A stretch of 64,000 bases of DNA from the human T2T-CHM13v2.0 reference genome, Homo sapiens, in the NCBI RefSeq assembly GCF_009914755.1, contig NC_060926.1, one strand, 5' to 3'. How positions within the stretch are numbered: the first letter of the stretch is position 1; each line of letters begins with the position of its first letter. The notes under the pieces are model-generated. The model was not told the origin of the DNA. It searched no databases and saw only the letters and a program-made list of their open reading frames with translations. The position numbers and the translations under genes were made by a program. Below are positions 26,799 to 41,055 of this stretch, in pieces.

Positions 26799-27625
26799 TG
26801 GCTCTACTGTAAACAAGGTAGCTTCTCTGTCTATGGGGACATCACATACCGGCACTCTTCAAATTCCTCTTCTCAAAAACAGGCATATGAATTCAGAAAA
26901 GTCTCAGGTTACAAAATCAACATACAAAAATCAGTCTCACTTCTATACAACAACATTGACCAAGCTGAGAATAAAATCAAAACTTTATTCCTTTCACAAC
27001 AGCTGCAAAAAAAGAAAATATCTAAAAATATACTTAACCAAGGGTAAAGAAACTTTGAAGAGAAGTAAAAAACACTGTGAAATAAATCAGAGACAACACA
27101 AATACATGAAAACATATCCCATGTTTATGGGTTGGAAGAATCAGTATCATTAAAATGACCATATTGCCCAAAGCAATCTGTAGATTCAATGAAATTCTTA
27201 TTGAAATATCAATGGCTCTACTGTAAACAAGGAAGCTTCTCTGTGGGGGACATCACATACCAGCACTCTTCAAATTCCTCCTCTCAAAAACAGATACATG
27301 AATTCAGTAAAGTCTCAGGTTACAAAATCAACATACAAAAATCAGTATCACTTCTATACACCAACATTGACCAAGCTGAGAATAAAATCAAAACTTTATT
27401 CCTTTCACAACAGCTGCAAAAAAAGAAAATATCTAAAAATATGCTTAACCAAGGGTAAAGAAACCTTACAAAGAGAAGTAAAAAATGCTGCAAAATAAAT
27501 CAGAGACAACACAAATACATGAAAATATATCCCATGTTTATGGGTTGGAAGAATCGGTATCATGAAAATGACCATATTGCCCAAAACAATCTGTAGATTC
27601 AATGCAATTCTTATTGAAATATCAA
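26799..27625 (+). repeat. Tandem duplication of about 414 bp (26799-27212 and 27213-27625)
   Basis: Both copies begin TGGCTCTACTGTAAACAAGG and end TTCTTATTGAAATATCAA; paired ORFs 26833..27153 and 27298..27498 share KSQVTKSTYKNQ..FY...LTKLRIKSKLYSFHNSCKKRKYLK. Confidence 0.97.
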
Positions 27626-28800
27626 TGCCATTTTTCAAAGAATTAGAAAACAATTCTACAATTCATATGAAAACAAAAAAGAGCCCAAATAAAGCAACAC
27701 TTAATAAAACAAATCTAGAGGCATCACATTACCCAACTTCAAAGTATAATACAAGACTATTGTAACCAAAACAGCATGGTACTTGTATAAAAGTAGATAC
27801 GTGGACCAATGGAACAGAATAGAGAACCCAGAAATAAAGCCAAATACTTAAAACCAACTGATTTTTGACAAAACATACAAAAACTTAAATTGAGGAAAGG
27901 ACATCATATTCAATAAATGATCCTGGGAAAACTGGATGGCCATATGTAAAAGAATGAAATTGGATCCCTATCTCTTCCTATAAACAAAAAAACAACTCAA
28001 GATTGATCAAAGACTTAAATCTAAGACTGGAATCCTTAAGCATTCTGGAAGAAAACTTAGAAAAAACTATCTGGACATTGGCCTATGCAAAGAATTTATG
28101 ACTAAGACCCCAAAAGCAAACGCAACCAAAACAAAAATAAATAAATGGGACATATTTAAACTAAAAAGCTTCTGCACTGCAAAATAAATAATCATCAGAG
28201 TAAACAGACAGCTTACAGAATGGGAAAAAAAGATGTTTGGAAACTATGTATCTGACAAAAGACTTATACCTGCAAGGAACTGCAAGAATCTCCAAGGATC
28301 TCAAACAAATCAGCAAAAAAATAAAAAATTAAAAAATAATCCCATTAGAAACTGGACAAATTACATGACAAGAAAGCACTCCAAAGAAGATATCCAAATG
28401 GCCAGCGAACAAGAAAAGATGTTCAACATTACTAATCATCCAGGAAATGCAAATTAAAGCCCCAATGAGATATCACCTTACTCCAGCCAGAATGGGCATT
28501 ATTAAAAAGTCAAAAACAATAGATCTGGCATGGATGTGGTCAAAAGAGAATGCTTATACACAGATGTTGGGAGGGTAAATTAGTACAGCCTTTATGAAAA
28601 ACGGTATGAAGATTTCTCAACCAAAAGTATCTCTACTATTTGATCTAATAATCCCACTACTGGCTATCTACCCAAAGGAAAATAAGTCATTATATCAAAA
28701 GATATGTACAGGTATGTTTATCACAGCACTATTCACAACTGCAAAGATGTGAAACAAACTTAAATACTCATCAACCAATGAATGGATAAAAAATGTGCTA
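26887..28800 (+). mobile_element. L1PB-type ORF2 3' half (5'-truncated, first part duplicated, terminal 3'UTR absent)
   Basis: ATGAATTCAGTAAAGTCTCAGGTTACAAAATCAACATAC; GACCAATGGAACAGAATAGAGAACCCAGAAATAAAGCC; AAAGAATTTATGACTAAGACCCCAAAAGCAAA. Confidence 0.9.
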
Positions 28801-30168
28801 TGTTAATCAAAACAGTGTGATGCTGGCAAAAACATAGACATATAGAGCAATGGATAAAACTGAGAACCTAGAAATAAACTTTTACAACATATTTTGACAA
28901 AATTGCCAGGAATATTCATTGAGGAAAATAATATTATTCTCAACAAATGGTCCTGAAACAACTGAGTAGCTACATACAAATGAGTGAAATTGGACTTTTA
29001 CTTTACATTATATAAAAATTAGCTCAAATGGACTAAAGAACAAAATATTAGAGCTAAAGCTATACAACTATTTGAAAAAATTATGAGGGTTAATCAACAT
29101 AACCTTCATTGGGCAATGAATCCTTAGATATGAATACAAAAGCAGAAGAAACAAAAAAAAATAAATTGAACATCATCAAATTATAAACTTTGTGTTGTAA
29201 AGGATATTATCAAGGAAGATAAATCACAACACAGAATTTTTAAAAATTGCAAAATTACATATTTGATTTAAAAATCTAGAATATGTGGAAAACTCATACA
29301 ACTTGTTGATCAAAAGATAATTCAACTTAAAAACATGAAAAAGATCTAAATAAGTATTTCTCCCAAGAAGAAACAAATGGCAGATAAATACAGGAAAATA
29401 TGTTTGACATTATTAGTCATCAGGGAAGTACAAATAAAACCCACCAAGGAATACCACTTCACACTCACTAATGTGGCTGGAATCAATAGGTCAGATAATT
29501 ATCACTCTTGGCAAGGATGTGGACAAAGCAAAACTCTTATTGCTGGTGGAAACATGAAATGGTGCAGCCATTTTTGCAAGCTGTTGGCAATGCCTCAAAA
29601 AATTAAGTATCGTTTCTATATGAGCTAGCAATTCCACTCCCAGAGAACTCTCCTCCCAAGAAAAGTAAAAACATATGTCCACACAAAAACTTTTACACAA
29701 ATTGTAACGCATTATGAGTGATTGCCACAAGTTGGAAACAATCCAAATGTCCACTAAGGAATAGATTTTAAAAACATGATATGTTCATGCAATGGAATAT
29801 TATTCGGCTATAAAATGATGAAGTACTGATCCATGTGACGATTGGATACACCTTGAAAATGTTATGCTACATGAAAGAAGCCAGACACAAAAAGTCACCT
29901 ATTATATCATTCCATTATGTGAAATGTCCAGAATAGACCACTGTAGAGCTAAGGAAAGTACATTGGTGGTTGTTGAGTGGTAATATGGGGTGGGGTAAAT
30001 GGAGTGTAGCAAAAGGGTACATTTTGAGGTGATGGAAAGTGTTTTAAATTTGACTGTGGTGATGTTTGCACATCTCTGTAAATATGCTGAATAATCATTG
30101 GATTATATACTTTAAATAGGTGAATTGTATGACATGTGAAATACATCGCAATAATGCTATTTAAAAAA
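28801..30168 (+). mobile_element. L1MB-type ORF2 end and 3'UTR
   Basis: AATCAAAACAGTGTGATGCTGGC; AAAACATATGTCCACACAAAAACTT; TTAAATAGGTGAATTGTATGACATGTGAAATACATCGCAATAA. Confidence 0.88.
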
Positions 30169-31600
30169 CAGCTGTGTGGGGATCTAGTCAGGGACCTGAG
30201 TGAATGGAGTTGTCTTAAATCACTGCACATTCGATTAGCTGATGTGGCTAGTGCACACTTTGAATTCAAGTGACTTTTTAAGTTCATAAGAATCAAAGAG
30301 GGAAGGGGTTTATAGTATCTGGGAGGTGTCGATTTGATCCACTAAAGCGGTATTTGACCTGGGTGGTGACTGATAGAGACAGAGCTTGGGCAAAGGAATG
30401 GCTCCTTTTTAACTTGCAACACTTCAAATAGCTAATAGTATGGGCTTCTTGGGTTCTGTTGCATGAAATAAAGGATGTTGGTCCATTTAACCGGGCTGCA
30501 GCCATCTGCAGGCTCAGGCACTCTTGGCTGAGGCCTGGCCAGAGGCTTTGTGACCTGCTGGAGGGCACACTGGTTGATGTTCCCATCTTTTCCTTATATT
30601 GAGAAAACTGCCAGTGCCTTTGCCCTCACACCAGCTGAACTTTATCTGTAGTTACCACCCGTCATGTTTTAATAGACTGCAGTATTTGTGAGATCTTGTG
30701 AACTGAGTTTTATTTCTCCCCAAGCATTAAATAAGCAAGACTGTCTTCTTTGCTTCCCTTTCTTATTTTTGTCTCCACTGCCCTGGACATTTCCATTAAC
30801 TCTGACTTATAAGACATCAACTGCTTTCCTCCAGGCTTAAATTTTCCTATAACCTAGGAATATTTGGGCAGTGGTTCCATTCTGGAAACCTAATGGGTGC
30901 ATAAAATGCACTCTGAGTTCCTTTAACCAATTTCTGAGATATAAAGCAATCTAGGAGTAGGGGTCGATAGGCCGAAGGACAGGGACTTGGCCTTAGTGAT
31001 GGCCTCTGAAGTGCTCAGGAGAATTACTGGCTCATGCTAGGCTCTTAATGAATCATGAATATGGTCACCAGCAGAACTGAGATAGTATCTAATACTTGAC
31101 AAGAAAGGAAGGGGGATGTTCAGAGGCAAGCAGAGCAAATGTTAGCAGGATGCTGGAGCTCCACATCACAGCTGCACCATTTCATCTCTAGGTAAATGAC
31201 TGTGGAACCAACACTTGGATGTAATTACCAAACAATTTCCATGCTAAACCACTCACTGTCTTTACTTTTTCTAAAACATTGGACTTACCTGTAGCTGCAG
31301 GGATCCATATATGAGACATTCTACTTTGTGTTATATCTTAACGTGAATTTCTCTTCCTGTTGTGGAGTCTTGGATTGTATAGCTATGGTCATTTAAAAAA
31401 ATCAATCCATCAATGCATAAGAATGCTGACTTTTTTTTAACCAAAATTGCTTTTATACATTCTCATTTTCAGACAACAAAGTTGTAGCACATATAGGTTC
31501 TTTAACTTGCCCAACACTACACAGTCCTCTGTGGCAGGACCACAATCACAACTTAGGCATCATACTCCACAGTGTATCCTTCTACTCACCTTGCCATTGG

Positions 31601-31960
31601 TGTCAATCAGGGTGAATAAGTTATGCTGCAGTAACAATTAGGCTCAAAATCTCAGTGGATTAAAGCAAAAAGTCTTTCTTGCTCATATTATATGTGAATT
31701 TTAGGGCACGCAGGGGCCTGCTCCACAGTTGCCTCACCCAAGGCCTCTACTATCTTTAACTAAATGAGAAAGGGATGTGGGAAATTGAACACTGGTTTAA
31801 TGCTACCCAGATGTGCCAAATATCATGTCAGCTCACGTTTCAGTAACCCAAGCAGGTCACATGGTCATGCCTACCTTCAAGGCAGTGGCAAATATAATTC
31901 ACCGTGTCTCTGGATGAGACTAACTGGAATAATGGTGAAGAACCCTACTGACTTCAACAC
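31601..31960 (-). mobile_element. Old MLT1 (J/K/L-like) LTR
   Basis: GTTATGCTGCAGTAACAA...AAATCTCAGTGGATTAAAGCAAAAAG...CTTGCTCAT; GGTCACATGGTCATGCCTACCTTCAAGG. Confidence 0.65.
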
Positions 31961-32512
31961 TAGGCTTAAAACATACACATATGCATATACAAAAATATTT
32001 GCATGCATCCATAAGCACACAAACAAACCCATTCCAAAGCCCTGTGTATATTGTGCCAGCACAGAGAAGCAAGCTGAAAAGTGATGTTTCCATTCTTCCT
32101 TCCTTTCTTCCTTCCTTCCTTCCTTCCTTCCTAACAAATTGATCTTTACTGAGAAACAATTTTATGATAATGACTCTAAGGACTACATGGTAAATTACTG
32201 ATACAACATGCTTTTTTTTCCCAAACATCAATTTGGACATGTAGCAGTAAAATCCCAATAGTAAGATGTAGAGTTAACTCTAACATCAAATTTTGATAGT
32301 CAAATTAGACTGTGGCCTGTCAGCCAAATCCTACTAAGGAACATTATAAATGTATTCTTCCATTTGATCTACAGATATTCAAATATACTAAAATAACTGG
32401 ATACCTTTGTCCAATTTTCATCCAAATAGAATGGTTAGAATGATCTTCCTCTAAGTCATTTAGAAAGCAACATAATTATATGTAAAGTCCATGATATATC
32501 ATCTTCATGTAA

Positions 32513-32868
<356 letters not shown>

Positions 32869-33823
32869 CCTTTAACATTTTTAGAGTGTCACCTTAGGTT
32901 CTGTGAAAAATCCAGCACACCACTGAATATTTCACGGGATTTGCAGAGAAGAGATAAATTCTTACATTCCTCCAGGGAACTTCTTTTTCCAAATTTCTAC
33001 TTTAGATTTTTTTTTTCTTTCTTTTGTTTCATTTTATGCATGAGAGGTCTGTAAGCCCTAAGATAGTAACTGACTCGTTTTCCACAATCCATCTCAAACT
33101 CTGCCCTTCAACACTCAGGAGAGTTCTAGACTTTTATTGAAAATTTATGTTAAAAATAAGGATTGAGGATAATCTGGGGCACATCAAAAAACAGCATTAT
33201 TTTGTATTTGTTGGATTATTTTTGTTTTCATTTTTATTTTTGGCACTGGAGAGCAGAGCTCTATCAGGAAACAGAATGCATAGCTAAATCGTGGACCTCA
33301 GTGTTCTTGAGAACTTTTTGGCCATTCTAATTTCTGCGAATTCCTGTGTACTAGCCATCCTTACATGCACAGCACTGATTGACACCTAATGTCATTGGAT
33401 TTCTTCTTCCTTTTTTTCCTCTCCATCTAGCTATTATCTTTAAGTCACCCCTGTCCCTTCCCAAACCCTGTCTGTGACATAAAGAAATCAAGCCCCATTT
33501 CAGTTTCAGTGTCTCCACCTGGACCGTGTGCTAAACAACCCTGACTTCCGGAAGTTCATTACATGGCTTCTCAGGGCATTTTCCTAAACAAGATCCCAAA
33601 TACTTTGTAAAGGAATTAGCTCTTGCCTAGCAGATAGAAGGGGATACAGTCAACTTTGACTTTATATAGGTTTTAAATAGTTGAATGGTGATTGAAGATA
33701 ATGAAACTAAGACTTAGAGCAAAGTTTTCAAAATTTTTTGAGAAACTCTGAAACATAAAGGAATATATCATATGCATAGAAACGAAACAAAATTTAACTT
33801 TTGCAATACATAATGAACTCTGA

Positions 33824-34213
<390 letters not shown>

Positions 34214-36002
34214 TAGGAGGCTCAGTAAATTCTCTGAAATTCTAAAGCTACACTGTGTTGAACACAGAATTCCATACCTAGTTTGTCCAAATTTAAAGCT
34301 TATCCAATAACTATTAATAACATTAAAAAAAGTGTCTTCTCCGGAGGATGAACAATGTATTCATGAATCTGTAGGAGTTCTCAGGAAAGCAGTTCACAGA
34401 GAATTAAAGAGCTTTCACCATTTACCCAGAATTGTTCATGCTGGCCTGGGAGGTGACTGGATTCTCGCTGAAACGGGAATGCACAGTCAGACAGCTGGCT
34501 TTGAAGATGTTTTGCACAACTGCTGTTTTAAAGCATTTTTATGAAGCTTAACACTGTCATTAGAACTGTGATCCTTGCACCGTGGTGATACTGTAGCTCA
34601 TTAGGGCCACGCAAGTTTTAATAAAAAGGGAAAGAACTACATGGTTTGCTTAATGTGGCAAGTGTAATGCTATATCAAGTACACTGAGCATTTTTTTTCT
34701 TTTTCTCCATTAGAATTATATCAATCTTGAATCAAGTTCACACACACATACACACAATTACTTCACAGTCCCTGAAATATTAGATATAGAGATATTTTAT
34801 CCTAAATCTCCAAAAGCCAAATGGAAAAGTTGTGCCAAAAAATTTAAAATTGGTAAAAGAAGTAAGGCAGAAGGAGAATAAGGTGAAAGTATCTAGAAGG
34901 AAAATAACAAATAGAAAAATAGAAATAGCTTCGGTGTCTTGCCCACACTAAGAGTGCTTCCGGAGCCTGGCTCCCACACTGATGGAGGAAGCACTCGCTT
35001 ATGGAGATGAATTAGGAGAAGGACTCCAGCTTCATCCAGACATCTCTCAGTGCACTGTCACTGTAATATGAAGAGCCACCTTCAGTGGCTTCCTCTCTTA
35101 GGTTGGACATTGCCTGACTGAGAGATAGGATGGTGCTGAAGTCACAACAAATGGTCTCCATTGTATCAGTTGACTCGAGGCAGCATGAGTACCAATTGGC
35201 AAGAATGGGGTAGCAGATGGTATAAGTGAGAGGATATGAAGTAAATCATATATATTCCATAATGGTTCTAATGTCAAAAGTAACCTTTTCTGTTTCCTTT
35301 TTTTCTCTTCACAATAAAACAAGAGAAACAGGCCATCTCACATGACTCCTCAAATAATGTTTGAATTTATTCTTCCACATTATTCCCAAACAAGTACTAA
35401 ACTGTATGTGATGAACAACCCACAGTGTTTAAAAAATCAATCTCTTGTGGACTGATACTTTTATGAAATAAAAAAAGCCTAGATATTTTGTTCATGTCAA
35501 CTTTTATAAATTTTCTAAATTATTTTCTTATGTTCTCTACTTATCTTAGACTGACAATAAAAAGGCAGAGCACTGGCATAACTTATGTTTGAATACCCTA
35601 GTGTTACTATAAAGAGTAACTACCTTGGGAAAATTGATTGAATTTTCTAAGCATTTTCTGACAGTGGAAACAGTGAGTCAGTTGTTCCGCTGGGTGATGG
35701 AGATACAAAGGTGATAGGATAGTTACTCTGGGATCTATGTGTGGAGAGGCTCTCAGCCCAGCTCAGAAATCTGAAGTCTTCCAGAAGACAGAGTCCAAAG
35801 CAGAGCCTCGAAAGGATAATTTGAACAAGTACTCAGAGAACTATGAGTAGTTTGGCATACAGAAGCTTCAAGTGTTCTTGCTCTCTCTCCCTTTTCTATC
35901 TGATACAGATCTATGTTGGTCTTTCTCTTGCTTCTCCTCATCAGTTCTAGTTATACTTGTGGAGACTAATATCAGTTAGGAACTCTGTTGTCATCAACGG
36001 AC

Positions 36003-36222
36003 AGAAGGAAAGAAAGGAAGAAGGAAAATAAGAAAGGAGGGAAGGAAGGAAGAGAGGGAAGGAGGGAGGAAGAGAGGAAGGGAAACAGGAAAGGAAGAAG
36101 GAAGGGAAGGAAGGGGAATAGGGAAAGAAAGAAAAAGAAAGGAAAGGAAGGGAAAAAAGGAAGATAGAAAGGAAGGGGAAAGAGAAGGAAAGAGGGAGGG
36201 AGGAAGAAAGGGAAGGAAAGAA
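36003..36222. repeat. GA-rich polypurine low-complexity tract
   Basis: About 220 bp of GGAA/GAAA/GGGA words with only a few pyrimidines. Confidence 0.92.
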
Positions 36223-36784
36223 TCTTAAGTTATCTTGGAAAAAAGAAAGGTAAAGAGAATTGTTTCAAATCTCAAAGAAAGGTCAATGGTTTCCATTCCC
36301 AGAGTCTCCAGCCAGCTTCTCTGGAAGCTGGGTTGGTGTCACTGGGTAGGTTCTTCTATTCAAATCCCTGAGGCAGAGCACTGTGAGCTGTCCATGCAAC
36401 CAGAGCCTCTCAAATTCTACTCCTGCAGCCATGTCTCCAGGGACTTCCCCCTAAATCACATGGCTGCTAATTAGGAAGAGTAAAAATTTGAACACATCAG
36501 GGTACATTCTGCAAAAAAGAATACATTCAGGGGTGGGAGGCAGGTGGAGAACAGGTCTGTGGATGTCAGTTGGCCTCACACAATATGCTAGCCGCCTTAC
36601 ACATAGCAAGGTGACAAATATTCAAAGCACGCTTTGAATACTTTTGTGGGATTAAACAAACTCATTTAAAAATATATACCTGGGATACATAATTTCAGGT
36701 CCACCCAATATCTCAGTACTGTATTTGGAAAAAAAGTCAGAATATTCCATTAAAAAAAAGAAGAAAAACTGAAAAATGAAAACT

Positions 36785-37808
36785 CTTCAATGAATTGCCA
36801 GTGTCTCTTAGAATCAAGTTAAAAATTATAATATGAACCAAAAGGTCCCACAGGATTCAGTCCTTGCCCGCACATCCAGACCCTCCCCTTACACTATCTC
36901 CCATGCCTCTAGTTCAAAATGTTATCCAAATGTCAGAGGTTCACTCTAGGTCCCATTGCTCACTGCACAGAAAGCCAATCACTGAGACAATGAGTATTGC
37001 CAAGAAAGAAGGCTGTTTATTTTCATGACAGTGGCCAGAGAGATGGGAGACAAGTCTCAAATCTGTCTCTCTCACTGACTAAAATTGAGGGTTTATATAG
37101 CAGGGAAGTAATGAGGCTACACAGGAAAACGGGACTTAGGGAGGGGCGAGGAAGCAATCATGAGGAATGAGGGGTGGCATCTCACTGTATGCATGTGGTG
37201 ACCTGATAAGTTTTAATAAGTTTCAGTTCCTCACCTGAGGGTTCGTTTTCTGAGGAAGGAACTCAAGTAAGACAAACGTTAAGTTTCAAGTTTTAAGACA
37301 GGGAGGGTAAATTTCTACATTCGTACAAAACGCCATAAACATGATTTCTATGAGTCAACTGGGCTGGTTTCAAGAACATTCCCACTATGCTGACCTCAAC
37401 CTCCCTCGTGGCTGAACAAATTCACCTTCTTCCCTGCCCTGGATCTTTGAACATGTATCTTTCTCTGCTTGCACACTCCTTGCTGCATCCCTTGCCCAAT
37501 CAGCTCCATGCCTTCACTGCACCTAGTTCATATTTGGGGTCTCAGATTCAATGTCAGTTCTATAGATAGTGCCTCCCTATCTTCAGCCTAGGTTAAGTAT
37601 TCAGAGTAAATATCAACACTGCGTCCCCTTGTTTTACTTCCTTCTTTTTTAAAGCAGTGATGAAGATTATTATAACCTAGTATGGTGATTTCTGACTTCC
37701 CTAGCAGAAGAAAAGCTGTATGAGAATAGAAAACATTTCTCTTTTGTCTTCCTGGGCACAGTGCAGTGCTTCTGCCTATTAGGTATTTAATAAATATTTA
37801 CAAATGAA
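36785..37808 (+). mobile_element. L2 3' region, split by a MER31 LTR
   Basis: L2-like text on both sides of the LTR, ending GCACAGTG...TAGGTATTTAATAAATATTTACAAATGAA. Confidence 0.65.
36920..37372 (-). mobile_element. MER31-type ERV1 solo LTR
   Basis: TGTTA...GCACAGAAAGCCAATCACTGAGACAATGAGTATTGCCA...GGGTTTATATAGCAGGGAAG...GGGCTGGTTTCA; TG..CA termini. Confidence 0.85.
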
Positions 37809-37829
37809 CTTTTGAATTCTTCCACTAAT

Positions 37830-37990
37830 ATTAATAATAAGTGAAATTTCCTGGGTACTTACTACATGGTAATTTAGAACCAAATGACCATGAAAAAAGT
37901 AAGGCAGGAATAGGTTAGGTGACTTGCCCAAGGTAACACAGCTTAGCAAGGAGCAGAGCTGGGATCTGAATTTGGACAGTAGAACCATGG
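37830..37990 (-). mobile_element. MIR
   Basis: AGGTTAGGTGACTTGCCCAAGGTAACACAGC...GCAGAGCTGGGATCTGAA is the MIR core. Confidence 0.8.
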
Positions 37991-38691
37991 CATGCCACGT
38001 GTTCCTACCGTGCTCTGCTAACTCTCAGTAATTAACTGCAATGGAAACGTAACGCCATCTAAAAACTAGTGCTATTGATCTTTGCCTTCCACCTTGGACT
38101 TAAGTCTCTTTGACTCCCACGTTGTTCCAATTAACTTAAATTTTCCAGAGCCTTTACTGAGAGGGGAAGGGCTGCAGGCGGTTGGATAAGACAATTGGAA
38201 ACTTATGTCTTGGAGTGCCTTGGACAATGAATTCACCTATACATACAGCAGTCTGTAATTATCTGGGATCCCAGAGCTTTGAATCTAGGATGACATCTAT
38301 GAGAAAGCCAGCTCTGTGACACTCCATTTTGGGGAGAAGGGAAGCCAAGGTTGTGCCATTTCTAGCTCTGACAGTATGGAAACCTAAAGATATGATGGGC
38401 CTTTCATCTCTCAATACCACCTGATATTATCATGACTAGATTTTAGGTTGAGAACAAAATGCCCACTTGATCTCATTGGAAAAAAATGGTTCACAAGTAG
38501 TTCTGGTAGCCCCTAATGCCACAGATCAGGTGCTAAAGCTGGACTTTTTAAATCAATAAATCATTATGGAAACTAGAGAGAGACCCATGGCTGTGACAGA
38601 GGTAGCAGAGTATAAATATATGTGGGGAAGGAATGTTCAAAAATTCTCTCATCTGCAGGAAATATAATTTACCTTAGAAAAAAGAAAGGTT

Positions 38692-38894
38692 CAGACTGGG
38701 CAACATGGCAAAACCCCACTTCTACAAAAAAATAATTTGCTTGGTGTGGTGGTGCGTAGCCATAGTCCCAGCTACTCTGGAGGTGGAGGTGGGAGGATCA
38801 CTGAGTCTGGGAAGTCAAGGCTGCAGTGAGCCATATCACACCACTGCACTCCAGCTTGGACGACAGAATGAGACTCTGTCTCAAAAGAAAAACA
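38692..38894 (+). mobile_element. 5'-truncated AluJ with a perfect 16-bp TSD
   Basis: GGGAGGATCACTGAG...AGGCTGCAGTGAGCCAT (J-type); TSD AGAAAAAAGAAAGGTT at 38676-38691 and 38895-38910. Confidence 0.92.
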
Positions 38895-39987
38895 AGAAAA
38901 AAGAAAGGTTTTGTTTAGGAAATATCTTGGTAAGCTGACCGGGAAGAAAGGGAGAAGCCTGTAAGTGTGAATGTTGATAGGAACCAAGTAAGAATAGAGA
39001 AAGCCCAAGGGCTCTTCTGAGCAACGATGGCAGCCTTGGCTCTGCTCTGTAGCGAGACAGAGGGGCCTGAGAGACAAGGCTGAGCAAGAAGCATCTGTAA
39101 GTTGCGGGAGGGGTGGGAATTTGAAGCTGGGGACGTCGTCCATCAGAAGAAGTAAGCAAAAAAAGCCCAAGTGGAAGACTGGCCAAGGAACATTTTAAAC
39201 CAGAGGATGTTTAACATTCAATTTGGAGAGATTTTGTGTGGCTGTGATGTGACTCCTGCCGCTCCTCCACTCCACCTCATCTCACTTCCAGTGGAATCTA
39301 CTGCACACATATAAGCTATAGTGAGGGCTTGTTTTTACTTTTGTTTTTTCTTGTATGAAATATGAAAAGAGATATTTGCCTTCCTGGAGTGAGGTGGCGC
39401 AGGGAAGAAACAGCCCATACAAGAGAGCAAGATGTAAAGAAATTTAATCCCCAGAAAGTAGGGAGGTTGAGTCTCAGGAGACCACATTAGGTTGCCAACT
39501 GGTATTCTAAGAAATCCTGGAGAAGAGTTTAGACTTCTTCAGGACTTGAGATTGGTCCACCTGATCTTATGTAGGTCTCAAATCACTGTGATACACCCAG
39601 ACTGATCTCTGCCTCTAAAAAAACATATTAATATTAAAAGTGGTTTTATGTTTGTTTACACTTAATTGTCCTATTTGCCTGAAGGTACTAAAGCTATTTT
39701 TTTTCACAAAAAGCGTTTTAAGGGCTTGGGAGGGACGCACTGTATCACTGCACTTTGATGTTCATGTGAAATGCTGAACCTTGGTGAAATCAGTAAAACT
39801 CTGTTATAAATGAAAGTGTTAACTCAGCCATTCTCTACCAATATGCTGACTACTGGAGAATATTTTTAATTATACACATTTGATTTTCATTCCTGTGTGT
39901 TTCTTCTGCTCATAATTTATTAGCTTAAAATACGCCTTAAAATAGAACATCAGTGTGTAAGTAAGACTCAAATTATGTTACTTCTCC

Positions 39988-40215
39988 ATAATAGCTAGTA
40001 TTTATAGTGTACTTACTATCTTCCTGGCACTATGCTAGTCCCTTTACACACCTTATCTGATTTAAACCTTAAATAGTCCATCCCAGTTTCCAGTTTATGG
40101 CTGAGTACTCTGGGGCTCAGTATTTTGAAGCAACTGGCAGAGTGGCAAGGCTGCTCAAAGAGATAAATAAATTTGGATCTAAGTACCTCTGTCTCTAGAC
40201 ACCATTTACTATTCA
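39988..40215 (-). mobile_element. MIR
   Basis: ATAATAGCTAGTATTTATAGTGTACTTACTAT...GGCACTATGCTAG...TTTACACACCTTATCTGATTTAA. Confidence 0.7.
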
Positions 40216-40790
40216 TTAACTACATCTCAAGATAATCTAAAAATAAATTTAAAAATATGAAAACCTAAAAGCACAACTTGGGTAACTGGTCTTGAAAAAA
40301 AAAGATAAGGCTTAGTCTCATTCAGTAGCCTAAGAGGATTGGTGGCTGGGAGGTCCTCCAGATATCCAAGAGGCTAAAGTTTTTTTTTACCAACACAACT
40401 TAAAGCTAAATACACTGAGAAAGAAAAGCAACTTGAATTTTTTTCTTTTTGGGGAAAACTAGGAAGTTGGAAAATACCTCTAATTCAAGTTATTTTTTAA
40501 TTACATCTACCTTCCATCTTTGTGGCAAACTTGGATAAACTTTACCATAGGCTGTTTTCATTTCTGAATACATTATGTTCTATTGTAGTAGCATGGGACT
40601 TTAAATACCATATTTTTTTAGAAGGAAAAAGAATGGAAGAAAGAAAAGGAAGGAACGAATGAAGGAAGGAAGAATCAGAAAGATAATATTAAAGACAAAA
40701 CACCCTTTTAATATTAATATTAAACAGTGGAATTAGCAAAGAAAGTGTTAGGCTGCCATCATGTATTCATTATAAAAAATACAAATTTCG

Positions 40791-41055
40791 GGCTAGGCAT
40801 GGTGGCTCACGCCTATAATCCCAGAAGTTTGGGAGGCCGAGGCAGGTGAATCAAGACCATCCTGGCTAACACAGTGAAACCCCGTCTCTACTAAAAATAC
40901 AAAAACAAAATTAGCTGGGTGTGGTGGTGGGTGCCTGTAGTCCCAGCTACTCGGGAGGCTGAGACGTGAACTCGGGAGGTGGAGCTTGCAGTGAGCTGAG
41001 ACTGCGCCACTGCACTCCAGCCTGGGTAACAGAGCAAGACTCCATCTCAAAAAAA
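40791..41055 (+). mobile_element. AluY-like element with two short internal deletions
   Basis: GGCTAGGCATGGTGGCTCACGCC...GACCATCCTGGCTAACACAGTG...GGAGCTTGCAGTGAG...CTCCATCTCAAAAAAA. Confidence 0.93.

Noticed and set aside
34330-34680. Non-repeat stretch that might be a conserved element or lncRNA exon
   Set aside because: Nothing in the sequence alone supports this; conservation or expression data are needed.
38940-39190. Slightly GC-richer patch with GTAAG donor-like sites and 101-132 aa antisense ORFs
   Set aside because: The longer ORF runs into an Alu, and no consistent exon structure can be shown without transcript data.
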